The position numbers and the translations under genes were made by a program. DNA of 63,925 nucleotides, counting the filler. It is 5 parts of 5 records of this genome, joined end to end, with 100 filler letters (N's around TTAATTAATTAA, not from the genome) between each part and the next. Parts side by side here need not be neighbours in the genome. Positions count along the whole stretch, not along the records: positions 1 to 5,833 come from SRR31147125_43354; positions 5,934 to 28,032 come from SRR31147125_43376; 3 more parts are not named here. One strand, given 5' to 3'. Shown in pieces: positions 1 to 9,783 of the stretch; position 1 is the stretch's first letter, and each line of letters opens with the position of its first letter. Below the pieces are notes generated by a model, which searched no databases, was not told the DNA's origin, and saw only the letters and a list, made by a program, of their open reading frames with translations.

Positions 1-1
1 C

Positions 2-595
2 GCCTCCATTGGCGGCGCCCCCCAGGATCTGAAATTCCACGGGGAAACCACCTATTTGAAAATAGGAAGCGGTTCCATTATCCGGGAGTTTGTTACCATC
101 AACAAAGGAACGGAATTTGGCGGGGGAATCACGGAAGTCGGGGAAAACAACTATCTGATGGCCTATACCCATATTGCCCACGATTGTAAAACAGGCAAAG
201 GGGTAATTCTGGCCAACAACAGTACCCTGGCCGGACATATAGAAATCGGGGACTTTGCCACCATTGGGGGGCTTGTGGCCATCCACCAATTTGTCAAGGT
301 GGGGGATTACGCCTATATCGGGGGAAAATCCGCCGTGGTCAAGGATATCCCCCCCTATGTCATTGCCGCAGGAGACCGGGCCACCCTCCACGGCCTGAAC
401 AATGTCGGGCTCAAACGCCACAGCTTTGAAAAACACACCATCAGCCAGCTTAAAAAGGCATACCGGATCTTTTTCAGGATCGGCCTCACCGTGGCCCAGG
501 CCCAGGAACGGGCCAAGGCAGAAGTGGAACAAACCCCCGAGGTCAAAAATTTTGCAACCTTTATCAGAGAATCCAACAGGGGTGTCACCCGTTAA
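2..595 (+). CDS. lpxA: UDP-N-acetylglucosamine O-acyltransferase (5' truncated at window edge)
   Basis: Hexapeptide repeats and motifs PQDLKF, IREFVTINKGT, MAYTHIAHDC, AIHQF, KDIPPY. Frame is open from base 2 and lies upstream of lpxI/lpxB. Confidence 0.96.
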   Translation, partial: ASIGGAPQDLKFHGETTYLKIGSGSIIREFVTINKGTEFGGGITEVGENNYLMAYTHIAHDCKTGKGVILANNSTLAGHIEIGDFATIGGLVAIHQFVKVGDYAYIGGKSAVVKDIPPYVIAAGDRATLHGLNNVGLKRHSFEKHTISQLKKAYRIFFRIGLTVAQAQERAKAEVEQTPEVKNFATFIRESNRGVTR

Positions 596-1435
596 AAAAG
601 GGCATATCGGACTCATTGCCGGGGGTGGGCAGTTCCCGGCGCTTTTTGCCCGTAAGGCCGCCAAAGAAGGCTTTCGGGTGATTACTGCTGGATTTCGGTC
701 GGAAACCGATCCCGGTCTGACCGATCATGTCCACCAGTTCAAGTGGCTCTACCTGGGACAGGTCCGTAAACTGGTCAAGTATTTCAAAGAAAACGGCGTC
801 ACCGAAGCGGTGATGTTGGGAAGCATCAACAAGGCCAATATTTTCAAAGATATCCGGCCGGATTTAAAAGCCCTGTCCTTTATTGCCAAAACCGCCTGGA
901 CCCATGACGATTCAGTCCTGACCTCCTTTGCCGATCTCATGGAGAAAGAGGGAATCACCATGCGTTCTTCCACCTTTTTGCTGCCGGAACTCATCAGTCC
1001 TAAAGGGTGCTGGACCAAAAGAGAGCCGGATAAGGCCGATAAAAAGGATATTGCCCAGGGCTGGCACCTGGCCAAAGAAATCGGCCGCCTGGACATTGGT
1101 CAATGCCTGGTCATTTCCAACGGTACTGTCCTGGCTGTGGAAGCCATTGACGGTACCGATGCCACCATTGAGCGGGGAGGGCGTCTTTCCATGGGAAACG
1201 GGGCCGTTGTGATCAAGTTATCCAAACCCAGTCAGGATCTTCGATTTGACCTGCCCTCCACAGGGGCCGCCACCATTGAGACCATGCACCGCTCAGGGGC
1301 AAGTGTTCTGGCCCTTGAGGCGGAAAATCCCTCTCCTTTGACCGGGAGGAAATGATTCGCCTGGCCGATCGGTACAAGATCTGTATTGTGGCCGTGGATT
1401 CACAAACCATGCCGGTGGACCCGGCCGGACCATAA
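582..1435 (+). CDS. lpxI: UDP-2,3-diacylglucosamine pyrophosphatase LpxI; 1-nt frameshift near 1323
   Basis: IGLIAGGGQFP, DIGQCLV, LAVEAIDGTDATIERG and QDLRFDLP motifs. The C-terminus (KSLSFDREEMIRLADRYKICIVAV) continues in another frame to TAA at 1433-1435. Probable GTG start at 582. Confidence 0.9.
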
Positions 1436-1443
1436 TCCAACAC

Positions 1444-2582
1444 ATGCCGGACTATCCCTTTCATATCATGATTTTGACCGGAGAGCCCTCGGGTGATTTC
1501 CATGCAGGACCTTTGATCCGCCAGCTCAAGGCCATGGTGCCCGGGATCAGGGTTACCGGGATCGGCGGCCCGGCAATGGCCGCCCAAGGGGCTGAGCTGT
1601 TCTTTGATATTGACCGACTCTCGGCCATGGGGCTGATCCAGGTGGTAAAACAATTTTCAAGCATTAAGGCGGCGTTTAACACATTTAAACATCGCCTCAG
1701 AACAGACCCGCCGGATCTGGTTATTTTTATTGATTATCCCGGGTTTAACCTCAAGGCGGCCTCCTATCTCAAGTCAAAATACAAAATTCCCAGTCTCTAC
1801 TATATTGCCCCCAAGGTCTGGGCCTGGAACGCTGCAAGACTGAACACAATAAAAGCCTGTATGGATCATGTGGCCCTGATCCTTCCCTTTGAACCCCCCA
1901 TATACAAAAAAAGGGCATTCCAGCCACCTATGTGGGCAATCCCCTGGTGGATGAATACCCTTTTGTGACAGCCAGAACAGGCCAGAATGCTGGCGGCCCC
2001 GGACCTGTTATCGGGCTTTTACCCGGTTCAAGATCCTCTGAAGTGCTCTCCCTGCTGCCGGTGATGCTGGAGACGGCTGCCCGTCTTCGGATCAGCCATC
2101 CCGGGGCGAAATTTCATATTTCCGCGGCCTCGCCGGCAAGGGAGGCTCAAATCCGGCATGTTTTGAACGGTCACCCGGTTAGGGATCATTGTCAGGTGGT
2201 GGCCGGACGTCCCCGGCCGGTGTTTGAAACAGCCGGCATGGTCATTGCCGCCTCCGGCACTGTTACCCTGGAGGCCGCGCTCTGCCAGGTGCCTACGGTG
2301 ATAATTTATAAGCTGTCTGCCCTAAGCTTTGCCCTGGGAAAATTGTTGGTAAAAGTCAAATACGCCGGCCTGGCCAATCTCATTGCCGGCCGTGAGGTCA
2401 TGCCGGAATTGCTCCAGCACGAGGCATCGGCGGAAAATATTCACCGGGCGGCCCAGGACATACTTAAAACACGGGATGTGTATATCCGGAACCTAAAAGA
2501 GGTTCGCAGGCGCTTAGGCGGCCCGGGCGCCCCAACCCGGACGGCTAGGATTGCTCTGGAATTGATCCGTAAAAGAGCTTGA
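1444..2582 (+). CDS. lpxB: Lipid-A-disaccharide synthase; frameshift in A7 run near 1906-1912
   Basis: GEPSGDFH, FIDYPGFN and YIAPKVWAW in ORF 1444-1968. VGNPL, LLPGSRSSE, ASGTVTLE and PELLQ in ORF 1932-2582. Confidence 0.93.
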
Positions 2583-2651
2583 TTTGGCCGGCCCCTGATT
2601 TTAACAGGGGGATTAATTACAGGGAATCAATTTCAGGGAATTAATAGGTAT

Positions 2652-2681
2652 TTGACAAACCATGATAAAAGCGACTACAGT
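2652..2681 (+). promoter_or_regulatory. Putative sigma70 promoter for the hemolysin-family gene
   Basis: TTGACA (2652-2657), 18-bp spacer, TACAGT (2676-2681). Confidence 0.5.
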
Positions 2682-2754
2682 GAAAAGGCCCCGGTGCAAG
2701 GCCATTGCAATATGCAGCCCGGGTTAGCCAATAGCGATTAATATAGGACATTTC

Positions 2755-4008
2755 ATGACATTCGAAATAACTCTGCTGGTTATCTGCCTGTTTTTGTCCG
2801 GCTTTTTTTCCTCGTCAGAGACTGCGCTTTTCTCCATTTCAAAGGTCAAGGCCCTTCACATCGGAAAAGACGGTTCCAGGACCGGTCATCTGATCATGAC
2901 CATGAAAGAAAATTCCCACACCCTTTTAACCACCATACTCATCGGTAACAACCTGGTGAACATTGGGGCCTCTGCCCTGGCCACCTCTCTTGCCATCTCC
3001 TATTTTGCGGACAATGCCGTGGGCATCGCCACCGGAGTCATGACGCTGCTGATCCTGATCTTTGGTGAGATCTTTCCTAAATCCTTTGCCACCCATAACA
3101 ACGTGGTGGTGGCCAGAGTGGTCATTTTACCCCTGTTCTGGCTGTCCAAAATATTTTGGCCTTTGATCATTATTCTCAACGTTATTCCCAGGCTTCACGG
3201 CACCATTGACAATGCCCAGGAAACCGTGACCGAGGATGAGCTCATGACCATGGTTGAAGTGGTGGAAGGGGAGGGGGAGATCAAGGAAGAGGAAAAAGAG
3301 TATATCACCAATATTTTTGAGTTTGACGACACCTCCTGTTCAGAGATCATGACCCCCAGGGCGGATATGTTTGTGGTTGATGTGGCACAGGAACTGGATT
3401 TTCAGGCCCTTTTGGAAACCGGTTATTCCAGGATCCCGGTGATTGAGGACTCCATTGACGATATCATCGGCATCCTCCACGTAAAGGATCTGTTTGCCCG
3501 GTTCATCGACGAGGTCAACGGCGGCACCAAAGGGGTTCATATTGATCTGAAGGCCATCATCAAAAAACCCTACTTCATTCCGGAGTCTAAAAAACTGGAC
3601 TCCCTTCTCCAGGCGTTTAAAAACAAGAAAAGCCATATGGCTGTGGTGGTGGACGAACACGGCGGGGTGGCCGGCATTGTGACCTTAGAGGATGTCATGG
3701 AAGAAATCTTTGGCGAAATCATAGATGAAACCGATCACAACGCCCCGGACATCATCCAGCTCAAGGGCAAAAAATGGCTGGTGGCCGGAAAGATTGATAT
3801 TGATGACCTCAACAAGGGACTGGACATCTGTGTTCCTGAATCCGCCGAATACGATACGGTTTCAGGATTTTTCCTCGAACAGATCGAGCGCATCCCCAAG
3901 CCCGGGGAATTCATCCGCATCAACCATTGGGTGATCACGGTCAAGGAGATGGACGGCAACAGAATCCAGTCCTTTATCCTCAAGTATGAGGACGAGCCGG
4001 GAATCTAA
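2755..4008 (+). CDS. HlyC/CorC (CNNM/DUF21-CBS-CBS-CorC) family Mg2+/Co2+ transporter-associated membrane protein
   Basis: FFSSSETALFS, TILIGNNLVN, FGEIFPKS, IMTPR, YSRIPV, VVDEHGGVAGIVTLED and a C-terminal CorC domain. Confidence 0.93.
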   Translation: MTFEITLLVICLFLSGFFSSSETALFSISKVKALHIGKDGSRTGHLIMTMKENSHTLLTTILIGNNLVNIGASALATSLAISYFADNAVGIATGVMTLLILIFGEIFPKSFATHNNVVVARVVILPLFWLSKIFWPLIIILNVIPRLHGTIDNAQETVTEDELMTMVEVVEGEGEIKEEEKEYITNIFEFDDTSCSEIMTPRADMFVVDVAQELDFQALLETGYSRIPVIEDSIDDIIGILHVKDLFARFIDEVNGGTKGVHIDLKAIIKKPYFIPESKKLDSLLQAFKNKKSHMAVVVDEHGGVAGIVTLEDVMEEIFGEIIDETDHNAPDIIQLKGKKWLVAGKIDIDDLNKGLDICVPESAEYDTVSGFFLEQIERIPKPGEFIRINHWVITVKEMDGNRIQSFILKYEDEPGI

Positions 4009-4028
4009 GAGCTCATTTTTAGGAAATT

Positions 4029-4060
4029 ATCTTTGGCCGGCAGGGCTGCCGGCCAAAGAT
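4029..4060. terminator. Strong inverted repeat between convergent genes (probable bidirectional terminator)
   Basis: ATCTTTGGCCGGCAG-GG-CTGCCGGCCAAAGAT, a perfect 15-bp inverted repeat between stops at 4008 (+) and 4081 (-). Confidence 0.6.
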
Positions 4061-4080
4061 GATGGCAGGTCTTACAAAAA

Positions 4081-5193
4081 TCAGTACCCCTCGCCCTTGC
4101 AGGCCCGGCCAAGGGCGTCGGCAGCCCAGATGGCCGCTTCAACCTTGTCTGGGGTGACTTCAAACCAGGTGGCGTGAATGGTTTCACCCTCAGCGCAGGT
4201 GGCCTCGGCAACCTGTCGAATATCCCGGGCCGTGGGATTGACCACGTTAATATCTTCCAGGCAGACCGGCAGTCCAACGGTCATGCAAAAATCAAGGACC
4301 TCTTCAATGGTATCTGTGGGACGTCCTTCCATGACCATTTGAACCAGGGTGCCAAAGGCGACCTTTTCACCATGATTTTTTGCATGGGTGGCCTCCAAAA
4401 CGGTGAAACCGTTATGGACCGCATGGGCCCCGGCCAGTCCCCCGCTTTCAAATCCAATGCCGCTGAGCAGGGTATTGGCCTCAACCACCGCCTCAACAGC
4501 CGGAGTGCATACATCCTTTTCCACGGCCAGTTTGGCCATATATCCTTGTTCCAGCAAGGTATCGTAACACAGTTTTGCCAATGCCAGGGCGGACAGGGTG
4601 GGCGGGGTGGCACCTGTCAATGCGTTGGGTTTGCAGCTTTTTCTACAGGTGTCAGCCTCCCAATAGGTGGCCAGGGCATCTCCCATACCAGCCACAAGAT
4701 ACGCCACCGGAGCCTTGGCAATAATATCGGTATCAACCAGTACGCAATCAGGATTCTGGGGAAGCACCAGGTAGCGATCAAAAACCCCGGTTTCAGTATA
4801 GATAACCGCCAGGGCAGAGCAGGGGGCATCCGTTGCGGCAATTGTGGGCACCACAATCACGGGCAGCTTGAGTTTATGGGCAACAGCCTTTCCCGTATCA
4901 ATGAGCTTGCCGCCGCCGTCGGCTATGATCCCGGTCACTTTCTGGGATTGGGCCAGCCCGGCCAGCCGATCAATCTCCTTATCGCAGCATTCCCCGTTAA
5001 ATATTTCGGTTACAAGCTGGATATTGTTTCTTTCCATACTTTTTGTAATCTGTTCTTCGGAAACCGAAAGCGCTCTTTTGCCTGCGATAAGAAGCACCTT
5101 GTCAATACTCAGATTGGCTGCCTGGTCACCGATGGTATCCATGGCATGGGCGCCTTGAACGTATCGACAGGGAGCCAGAAACATCATTGTCAT
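4081..5193 (-). CDS. gldA: Glycerol dehydrogenase (iron/zinc-type alcohol dehydrogenase family)
   Basis: APCRYVQG, GGGKLIDTGKA, VPTIAATDAPCSAL, AGMGDALATYWEA, GFESGGLAGAHAVHNG and HGEKVAFG motifs. Confidence 0.92.
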   Translation of the reverse strand: MTMMFLAPCRYVQGAHAMDTIGDQAANLSIDKVLLIAGKRALSVSEEQITKSMERNNIQLVTEIFNGECCDKEIDRLAGLAQSQKVTGIIADGGGKLIDTGKAVAHKLKLPVIVVPTIAATDAPCSALAVIYTETGVFDRYLVLPQNPDCVLVDTDIIAKAPVAYLVAGMGDALATYWEADTCRKSCKPNALTGATPPTLSALALAKLCYDTLLEQGYMAKLAVEKDVCTPAVEAVVEANTLLSGIGFESGGLAGAHAVHNGFTVLEATHAKNHGEKVAFGTLVQMVMEGRPTDTIEEVLDFCMTVGLPVCLEDINVVNPTARDIRQVAEATCAEGETIHATWFEVTPDKVEAAIWAADALGRACKGEGY

Positions 5194-5341
5194 TGTATCA
5201 CCTCATGTTTTTTTATTTACAGCTTTCCATCCCTACTCCATATAGAAAAAGTCAGTGAGGCTGCAATAAGGTGATGACCTTATTTTTAACTGCGGTGGTA
5301 TGGGGGAATGTCCAGGGATGGAACCGGGGTAAAAAATTGTC

Positions 5342-5370
5342 TTGACATCTTTTCACGGGCTGTATAAGGT
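5342..5370 (+). promoter_or_regulatory. Putative sigma70 promoter of the pheA leader
   Basis: TTGACA (5342-5347), 17-bp spacer, TAAGGT (5365-5370). Confidence 0.6.
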
Positions 5371-5404
5371 TTTAAAAATTTTTAACCCCATGGGTGGAAT
5401 CCAA

Positions 5405-5476
5405 ATGAACAATTTTGCAGACAGCTTTTTTTATTTTTTTAGGACCTATTATAAGGTCCTGACCTGTCTGCGGTGA
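5405..5476 (+). CDS. Phe/Tyr-rich attenuator leader peptide (PheL-like), MNNFADSFFYFFRTYYKVLTCLR
   Basis: 23-codon ORF with 5 Phe and 3 Tyr codons, preceded by GGTGGA. It lies between a promoter and an intrinsic terminator upstream of a chorismate mutase gene. Confidence 0.8.
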   Translation: MNNFADSFFYFFRTYYKVLTCLR

Positions 5477-5509
5477 ATCCAACCTAAACCCCACGCCCAA
5501 ATTAAGATC

Positions 5510-5543
5510 AAACCGCACAGGCCAAAGCCTGATGCGGTTTTTT
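5510..5543 (+). terminator. Attenuator intrinsic terminator
   Basis: AAACCGCACAGGC-CAAA-GCCTG(A)TGCGG followed by TTTTTT. Its 5' arm can alternatively pair with CCTGTCTGCGGT (5463-5474). Confidence 0.8.
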
Positions 5544-5571
5544 GCTTTTAGGGGCATTGAACAAAAGGCCA

Positions 5572-5833
5572 ATGCTTATGGAAAAAGACAAGAAAGACAC
5601 GGGCAATCCCCTGATCCCCCTGCGGGAGGAAATCGACCGCATTGACGCCAGAATCCTGGATCTGATTAATGCGCGTTTGAAAATCGGTGAAAAGGTCGGT
5701 GCCGTTAAAAAACAAGAGGGAAGCCAGGTTTTGGACAGGACCCGGGAGCGGATGGTCATTGAAAATCTATTCCGCATCAACCAGGGCCCTGCGGACAAGG
5801 AGCTGATCCAGTATATTTTCAATGTGATTATCA
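5572..5833 (+). CDS. pheA: Chorismate mutase (AroQ) domain, probably the N-terminus of P-protein; truncated by contig end
   Basis: LREEIDRIDARILDLINARL...VGAVKK...LDRTRE is the AroQ signature. Start is at 5572 or 5578. Downstream domains are not visible. Confidence 0.75.
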
Positions 5834-5933
5834 NNNNNNNNNNNNNNNNNNNNNNNNNNNNNNNNNNNNNNNNNNNNTTAATTAATTAANNNNNNNNNNN
5901 NNNNNNNNNNNNNNNNNNNNNNNNNNNNNNNNN
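5834..5933. other. Artificial contig linker (N44-TTAATTAATTAA-N44)
   Basis: Six-frame stop spacer flanked by Ns. Genes are cut on both sides. Confidence 0.98.
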
Positions 5934-6498
5934 GCCTGCCGTTTTTCAGCCGCGTGTCATAGCAGAAGATGCATTTCATGACCCGGGGCTCAAACGCGCT
6001 CCCGTACTTGAACGCCGGTATCGAAAACGGGCAGGCGATCATGCAGGTCCGGCACCCGACGCACACATCAGGGTTGTAGATGACCGCCCCTTCCGGCGTC
6101 TTCGTGTAGGCATTGACGAAACAGGCGGTCAGGCAGGCCGGTTCAAGACAGTGGTTGCACTGGATCTTCCTGAACAGCGGGTGCTCCCAGAGCGGTGAAT
6201 CATACTTGTTGACCACCGTGTAGTGAGCATCATCGGGCCGTCTTGGGTGCTCGTCCTCGAACACGCGCTCGTCAGCGAAAGGAATGTCCGGAGCCGGCAA
6301 GCCCTGCTCCCTGTTGCAGGCAGCCTCACAACTCCGGCACCCGACGCACCGACCGAGATCAACCAGAACCCCGTAGTTGGTATCGTACCCGGTGAAGTCA
6401 TGGGCCGACGCGTTTTTCCAGGGCCGCAGCAGCCCGACGGACGCGGCCGTTGAAACGATCGCCTTCAGGAGCGTGCGCCGGTTCAGCCTGTGTTTCAT
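5934..6498 (-). CDS. Tat-exported 4Fe-4S dicluster electron-transfer subunit (HmcB/HybA/NrfC family); 3' truncated
   Basis: Twin-arginine signal RRTLLK and cluster motifs CVGCRSCEAAC, CNHCLEPACLTAC, CVGCRTCMIACPF and KCIFC. Confidence 0.9.
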
Positions 6499-6555
6499 GG
6501 TCTCCCCCTCGATTGGCTGGTAGCATCGCTTTGTTTCATCGTCCGGTCTCCCTGT

Positions 6556-7021
6556 TCATTTCTTCACGGCGTGGCAGGACTCGCAGCCGACCGGGCCCGT
6601 ACCGATTACCCGGTGGCAGGAAATGCAGTTCAGATGGTAGGCACCGATAAGACCGGGCACATCATTGTGGAAGAACGACTCCTCCCCCCGGAGAGCTGAG
6701 ATCGGGAGCGTAACGATCCGCGAGGTGGCAGCTCGCGCAGCCGACCGCCGCCTGCTGTCTCGAATCACTGTGGCACGGCAGGCAAAACGGATCGGACGGC
6801 GGTTCCCCGGTCACGTGGTGATGACATTCCACACAGGACGCATATGAGTCGTGCAACGCGTGATCGAAATATACCGGATCGTATATCTCAGCAAGCGTGT
6901 CGATGACGACACGTTCAGGCGGCTGTGCAACGCCGGCTGCACCTCCCCGGCAGACCGTCACCGCGATCACAAGAATTATTCCAGGCAGAATCCCGCATTT
7001 CCTCAGCTTAGTTGAAACCAT
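6556..7021 (-). CDS. Periplasmic cytochrome c3-family protein with 5 CxxCH heme motifs; 1-nt frameshift, probably in the C6 run 6684-6689
   Basis: Signal peptide from ATG 7021 with a GGAGG RBS. FDHALH, CVECH, CLPCH and CASCH lie in one frame; GAYHLNCISCH and GPVGCESCH lie in the next frame. Confidence 0.85.
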
Positions 7022-8855
7022 CTTTCTCCTCCCCTTCTGTTCCGCCGGACGGCTTCCGCCGTTTGCCGGAAAGACGATTTTCGCGGAAACACCGATAGAC
7101 GATATCGGCCTCCTCCCCGTCCAGCGTTTCATGGGCCAGCAATGACTCCGCGATCATGTGCAGAAATTCCCCGTTGGCCTCGATCAGCTCCCTGGTCTCC
7201 CGATACGCACTTGCGATGAGCGAACGGATCTCCATATCGATTTCGCGACACGTCTGTTCACTCTGCCGCCAGACCCCGGGTATGGGTTCACCCTGCTGCA
7301 TGGAAACGTCTCCGAGACAGACAACCGGCCCGAGTTCGCGCCCCATACCGAACTCGCAGACCAGGCGGTGGGCGAGATCAGTGGCACCGCGCAGGTCGTT
7401 GCTCGCTCCGGTGGTCATGCGCCCGAAGATGAACTCTTCGGCAACCCTGCCCCCGAGCAGGATCTTTATCCGGTTGACCAGATAGTCCTGCGAATAGGTG
7501 ATGTGATCGTCCAGGGGAAGCTGCAGGGTCTGGCCGAGCGAATGCCCCCGTGGAATGATGGTGATCTTGTGTAGCGGGTCGGTATCCGGAAGCAGTTTTG
7601 CGGCAACCGCGTGGCCTGCTTCATGGTAGGCGGTAAGCCGGCGGGCATCTTCGCTGATTACCGCATTCTTGCGCTCGAGCCCCATCATGATTTTGTCACG
7701 GGCCTCGTCGAAGTCCACCTGCTCGATGGCCTCCTTTCCGTTTCTGGCCGCGAGCAGCGCAGCCTCGTTGACCAGGTTGGCAATTTCCGCCCCGGTGAAT
7801 CCCGGTGTGAAGCGGGCTACCGCAACCAGGTCGACGGCGGGGCTGAGAAACGTTTCCGCCGTGTGTACCTGGAGGATTTTCGTCCGCCCCTTGATATCGG
7901 GCAGGTTCAGCGTGATCCTCCGGTCGAACCTGCCCGGCCGGAGCAGCGCCTCGTCGAGAATGTCGGAGCGGTTTGTCGCGGCGACAACGATAATCGTCTC
8001 ACCGGTCGCGAACCCGTCCATCTCGACCAGCAGCGCATTAAGGGTCTGCTCCCGCTCATCGCTTGAACCACTGCGGAAATCGGCCGACGAACGTTTCCCG
8101 CCGATCGCATCGATCTCGTCGATGAAAATGATGCACGGAGCCTCTTTTTTCGCATCCTCGAACAATTTCCTGACCCGCGATGCACCAAGACCGGCGAACA
8201 TCTCCACAAAGTCCGAGCCCCCGATCGAGAAAAACGGGACCGACGCCTCTCCGGCTATCGCACGGGCGAGTAGAGTCTTGCCGGTACCCGGCGGGCCTTC
8301 CAGAAGTACGCCTTTGGGAATCCGCCCACCAAGCCGGCTGAACTTTTCAGGAGTCTTCAGGAAATCGCACAGCTCCCGCAACTCCTCGAGCGCTTCGGCG
8401 ATACCCGCGACATCGTTGAAGGTCACAGCCTGCGCGCTATCTTTCGCGCGGTGCCGGTATTTTCCGGAGGAAAGATTCGTCGAGGTCTGACTTCTGCTCC
8501 GGCTGAGAATCATCCAGCCGCACATCAGCACGATGATGATCAGCATGTCCCTGAACAGTGGTGCCAGCACATGATCAGGTTTCGTCCGGATGACAACCTC
8601 TTCCGACTCCAGTAGCGGAATCAGCCCGGGCACATCCGGAGAGAACGTCGTATAGCAAAATCCGAACGCATCGGTAACCGTCACCACCCCGGATTTGATC
8701 ATCACCTCCGTGACTTCGCCCTCTCCGACAGCGGTAATGAACGTGCTGTACGGACGTTCGGGGAGCCGGTTGCCAACCTGGTAGAACAGATACCCTGCAC
8801 CAATGATCAGCACGATCACCACACCATAGATCATCGTCAATCTATCGAGTTTCAT
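7008..8855 (-). CDS. ftsH: ATP-dependent zinc metalloprotease FtsH (paralog embedded in a redox operon)
   Basis: Two N-terminal TM segments, Walker A GPPGTGKT, Walker [32 protein letters not shown] and GASND. Confidence 0.95.
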   Translation of the reverse strand: MKLDRLTMIYGVVIVLIIGAGYLFYQVGNRLPERPYSTFITAVGEGEVTEVMIKSGVVTVTDAFGFCYTTFSPDVPGLIPLLESEEVVIRTKPDHVLAPLFRDMLIIIVLMCGWMILSRSRSQTSTNLSSGKYRHRAKDSAQAVTFNDVAGIAEALEELRELCDFLKTPEKFSRLGGRIPKGVLLEGPPGTGKTLLARAIAGEASVPFFSIGGSDFVEMFAGLGASRVRKLFEDAKKEAPCIIFIDEIDAIGGKRSSADFRSGSSDEREQTLNALLVEMDGFATGETIIVVAATNRSDILDEALLRPGRFDRRITLNLPDIKGRTKILQVHTAETFLSPAVDLVAVARFTPGFTGAEIANLVNEAALLAARNGKEAIEQVDFDEARDKIMMGLERKNAVISEDARRLTAYHEAGHAVAAKLLPDTDPLHKITIIPRGHSLGQTLQLPLDDHITYSQDYLVNRIKILLGGRVAEEFIFGRMTTGASNDLRGATDLAHRLVCEFGMGRELGPVVCLGDVSMQQGEPIPGVWRQSEQTCREIDMEIRSLIASAYRETRELIEANGEFLHMIAESLLAHETLDGEEADIVYRCFRENRLSGKRRKPSGGTEGEEKDGFN

Positions 8856-9733
8856 CCTTCTCCTCCCTGCGGACCGTATTCGATAGCCCCCATCAGCACC
8901 CGGTCAAACAGCTCCTCCTTGTTCCGGCAGAGCAGAACCGTCCTTGTGAAACAGAACTCGTCGAGCTGCCCCTGCATACGGTGCCGGCTGAACGGCTGAT
9001 ATTTCCGGCGCCCGTACCATCTGTAAAAATGCTCCAGCACCTCCCGGAAAACGAGAGCATTGCTGTTGGCATCATTGGCTATGTAGATATAGCAATCCAT
9101 CTCGACCGGTGGTGTGAACGGTTCCCGATCCGGCACCACCACAACAGAACCCGGTAGGACATATCCCCTGATGAAGCCGGACACGGCGCCGGCTTCCACC
9201 GAGCCTACGGCGGCCATCCGTACCGCACCGCTGAGGCGTCCTCCCGCAACGGACTCCACCGCCACGAGAAAGTGATAGAGGCGCTGATCCCGGCGTCCGC
9301 CAGGCAGTTCTCCAGACCCAACCACCACCGTGCCGGAAATCCGCTCTTCTACCAGTTCCCGAAGTGCGGACCTGAGCTTGCCCATCCAGGTCCAGGCCGT
9401 CTGGTAACCGGCAAACCCCAGTTCACGCTGCAGGTCCCTGGTGGTTGCATCCGCAGCATTGCAGATCAGCCACCAGATTGCCCGGAACCAGCAGTTGAGT
9501 TCCTTCTTACTGCCGTGCAGCAGCGTTCCTGCCGTGACCGTACTCATCCGCCCGCAACGCCGGCAGACAACCTGCCGGACCGGTAGCTGCCCCGGGGGCC
9601 GGTATCCGCAGAAGGGACAGACAAACCCCTCCGGCCATCTCAGGGCGAACAGGTGGGAGACACACCACTGCTCATCCGTCAACAGGTGGCTCATGTCACC
9701 GTCGCACTCGGCTGACACCGGTTCTGGTTTCAT
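8852..9733 (-). CDS. IS1595-family transposase-derived protein with degenerate DDE catalytic motifs (intact ORF)
   Basis: LRWPEGFVCPFC...CRRC Zn ribbon, TAGTLLH, LQRELG..YQTAWTWMGKLR HTH region and LDEFCF. The expected VEVDETY reads VVVGSGE and the expected TDGW reads VPDRE. No terminal inverted repeats were seen. Confidence 0.82.
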   Translation of the reverse strand: MKPEPVSAECDGDMSHLLTDEQWCVSHLFALRWPEGFVCPFCGYRPPGQLPVRQVVCRRCGRMSTVTAGTLLHGSKKELNCWFRAIWWLICNAADATTRDLQRELGFAGYQTAWTWMGKLRSALRELVEERISGTVVVGSGELPGGRRDQRLYHFLVAVESVAGGRLSGAVRMAAVGSVEAGAVSGFIRGYVLPGSVVVVPDREPFTPPVEMDCYIYIANDANSNALVFREVLEHFYRWYGRRKYQPFSRHRMQGQLDEFCFTRTVLLCRNKEELFDRVLMGAIEYGPQGGEG

Positions 9734-9783
9734 CGCGACACCTCCGTGCTACAGGGTTGTTCACGTGTCTCTGCCAATGAAAT

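Noticed and set aside
2686-2729. Possible metal-sensing riboswitch in the 5' UTR of the CorC/HlyC gene
   Set aside because: Only a weak bulged stem (CCCGG-TGCA...TGCA-GC-CCGGG) is present, with no recognisable M-box, NiCo, yybP or fluoride consensus. An Rfam scan would be needed.
4174-5274. 366-aa ORF on + strand
   Set aside because: It is the exact antisense shadow of gldA and has no recognisable motifs.
5878-5889. TTAATTAATTAA repeated four times (5878, 28077, 52100, 58531)
   Set aside because: It is an artificial six-frame-stop linker, not a biological repeat or CRISPR. ORFs ending in XXX-LIN are artifacts.
8852-9733. Active IS1595 insertion sequence
   Set aside because: No terminal inverted repeats or target duplication were found by eye, the catalytic motifs are degenerate, and the ORF is coupled to ftsH. 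It is reported as a CDS instead.
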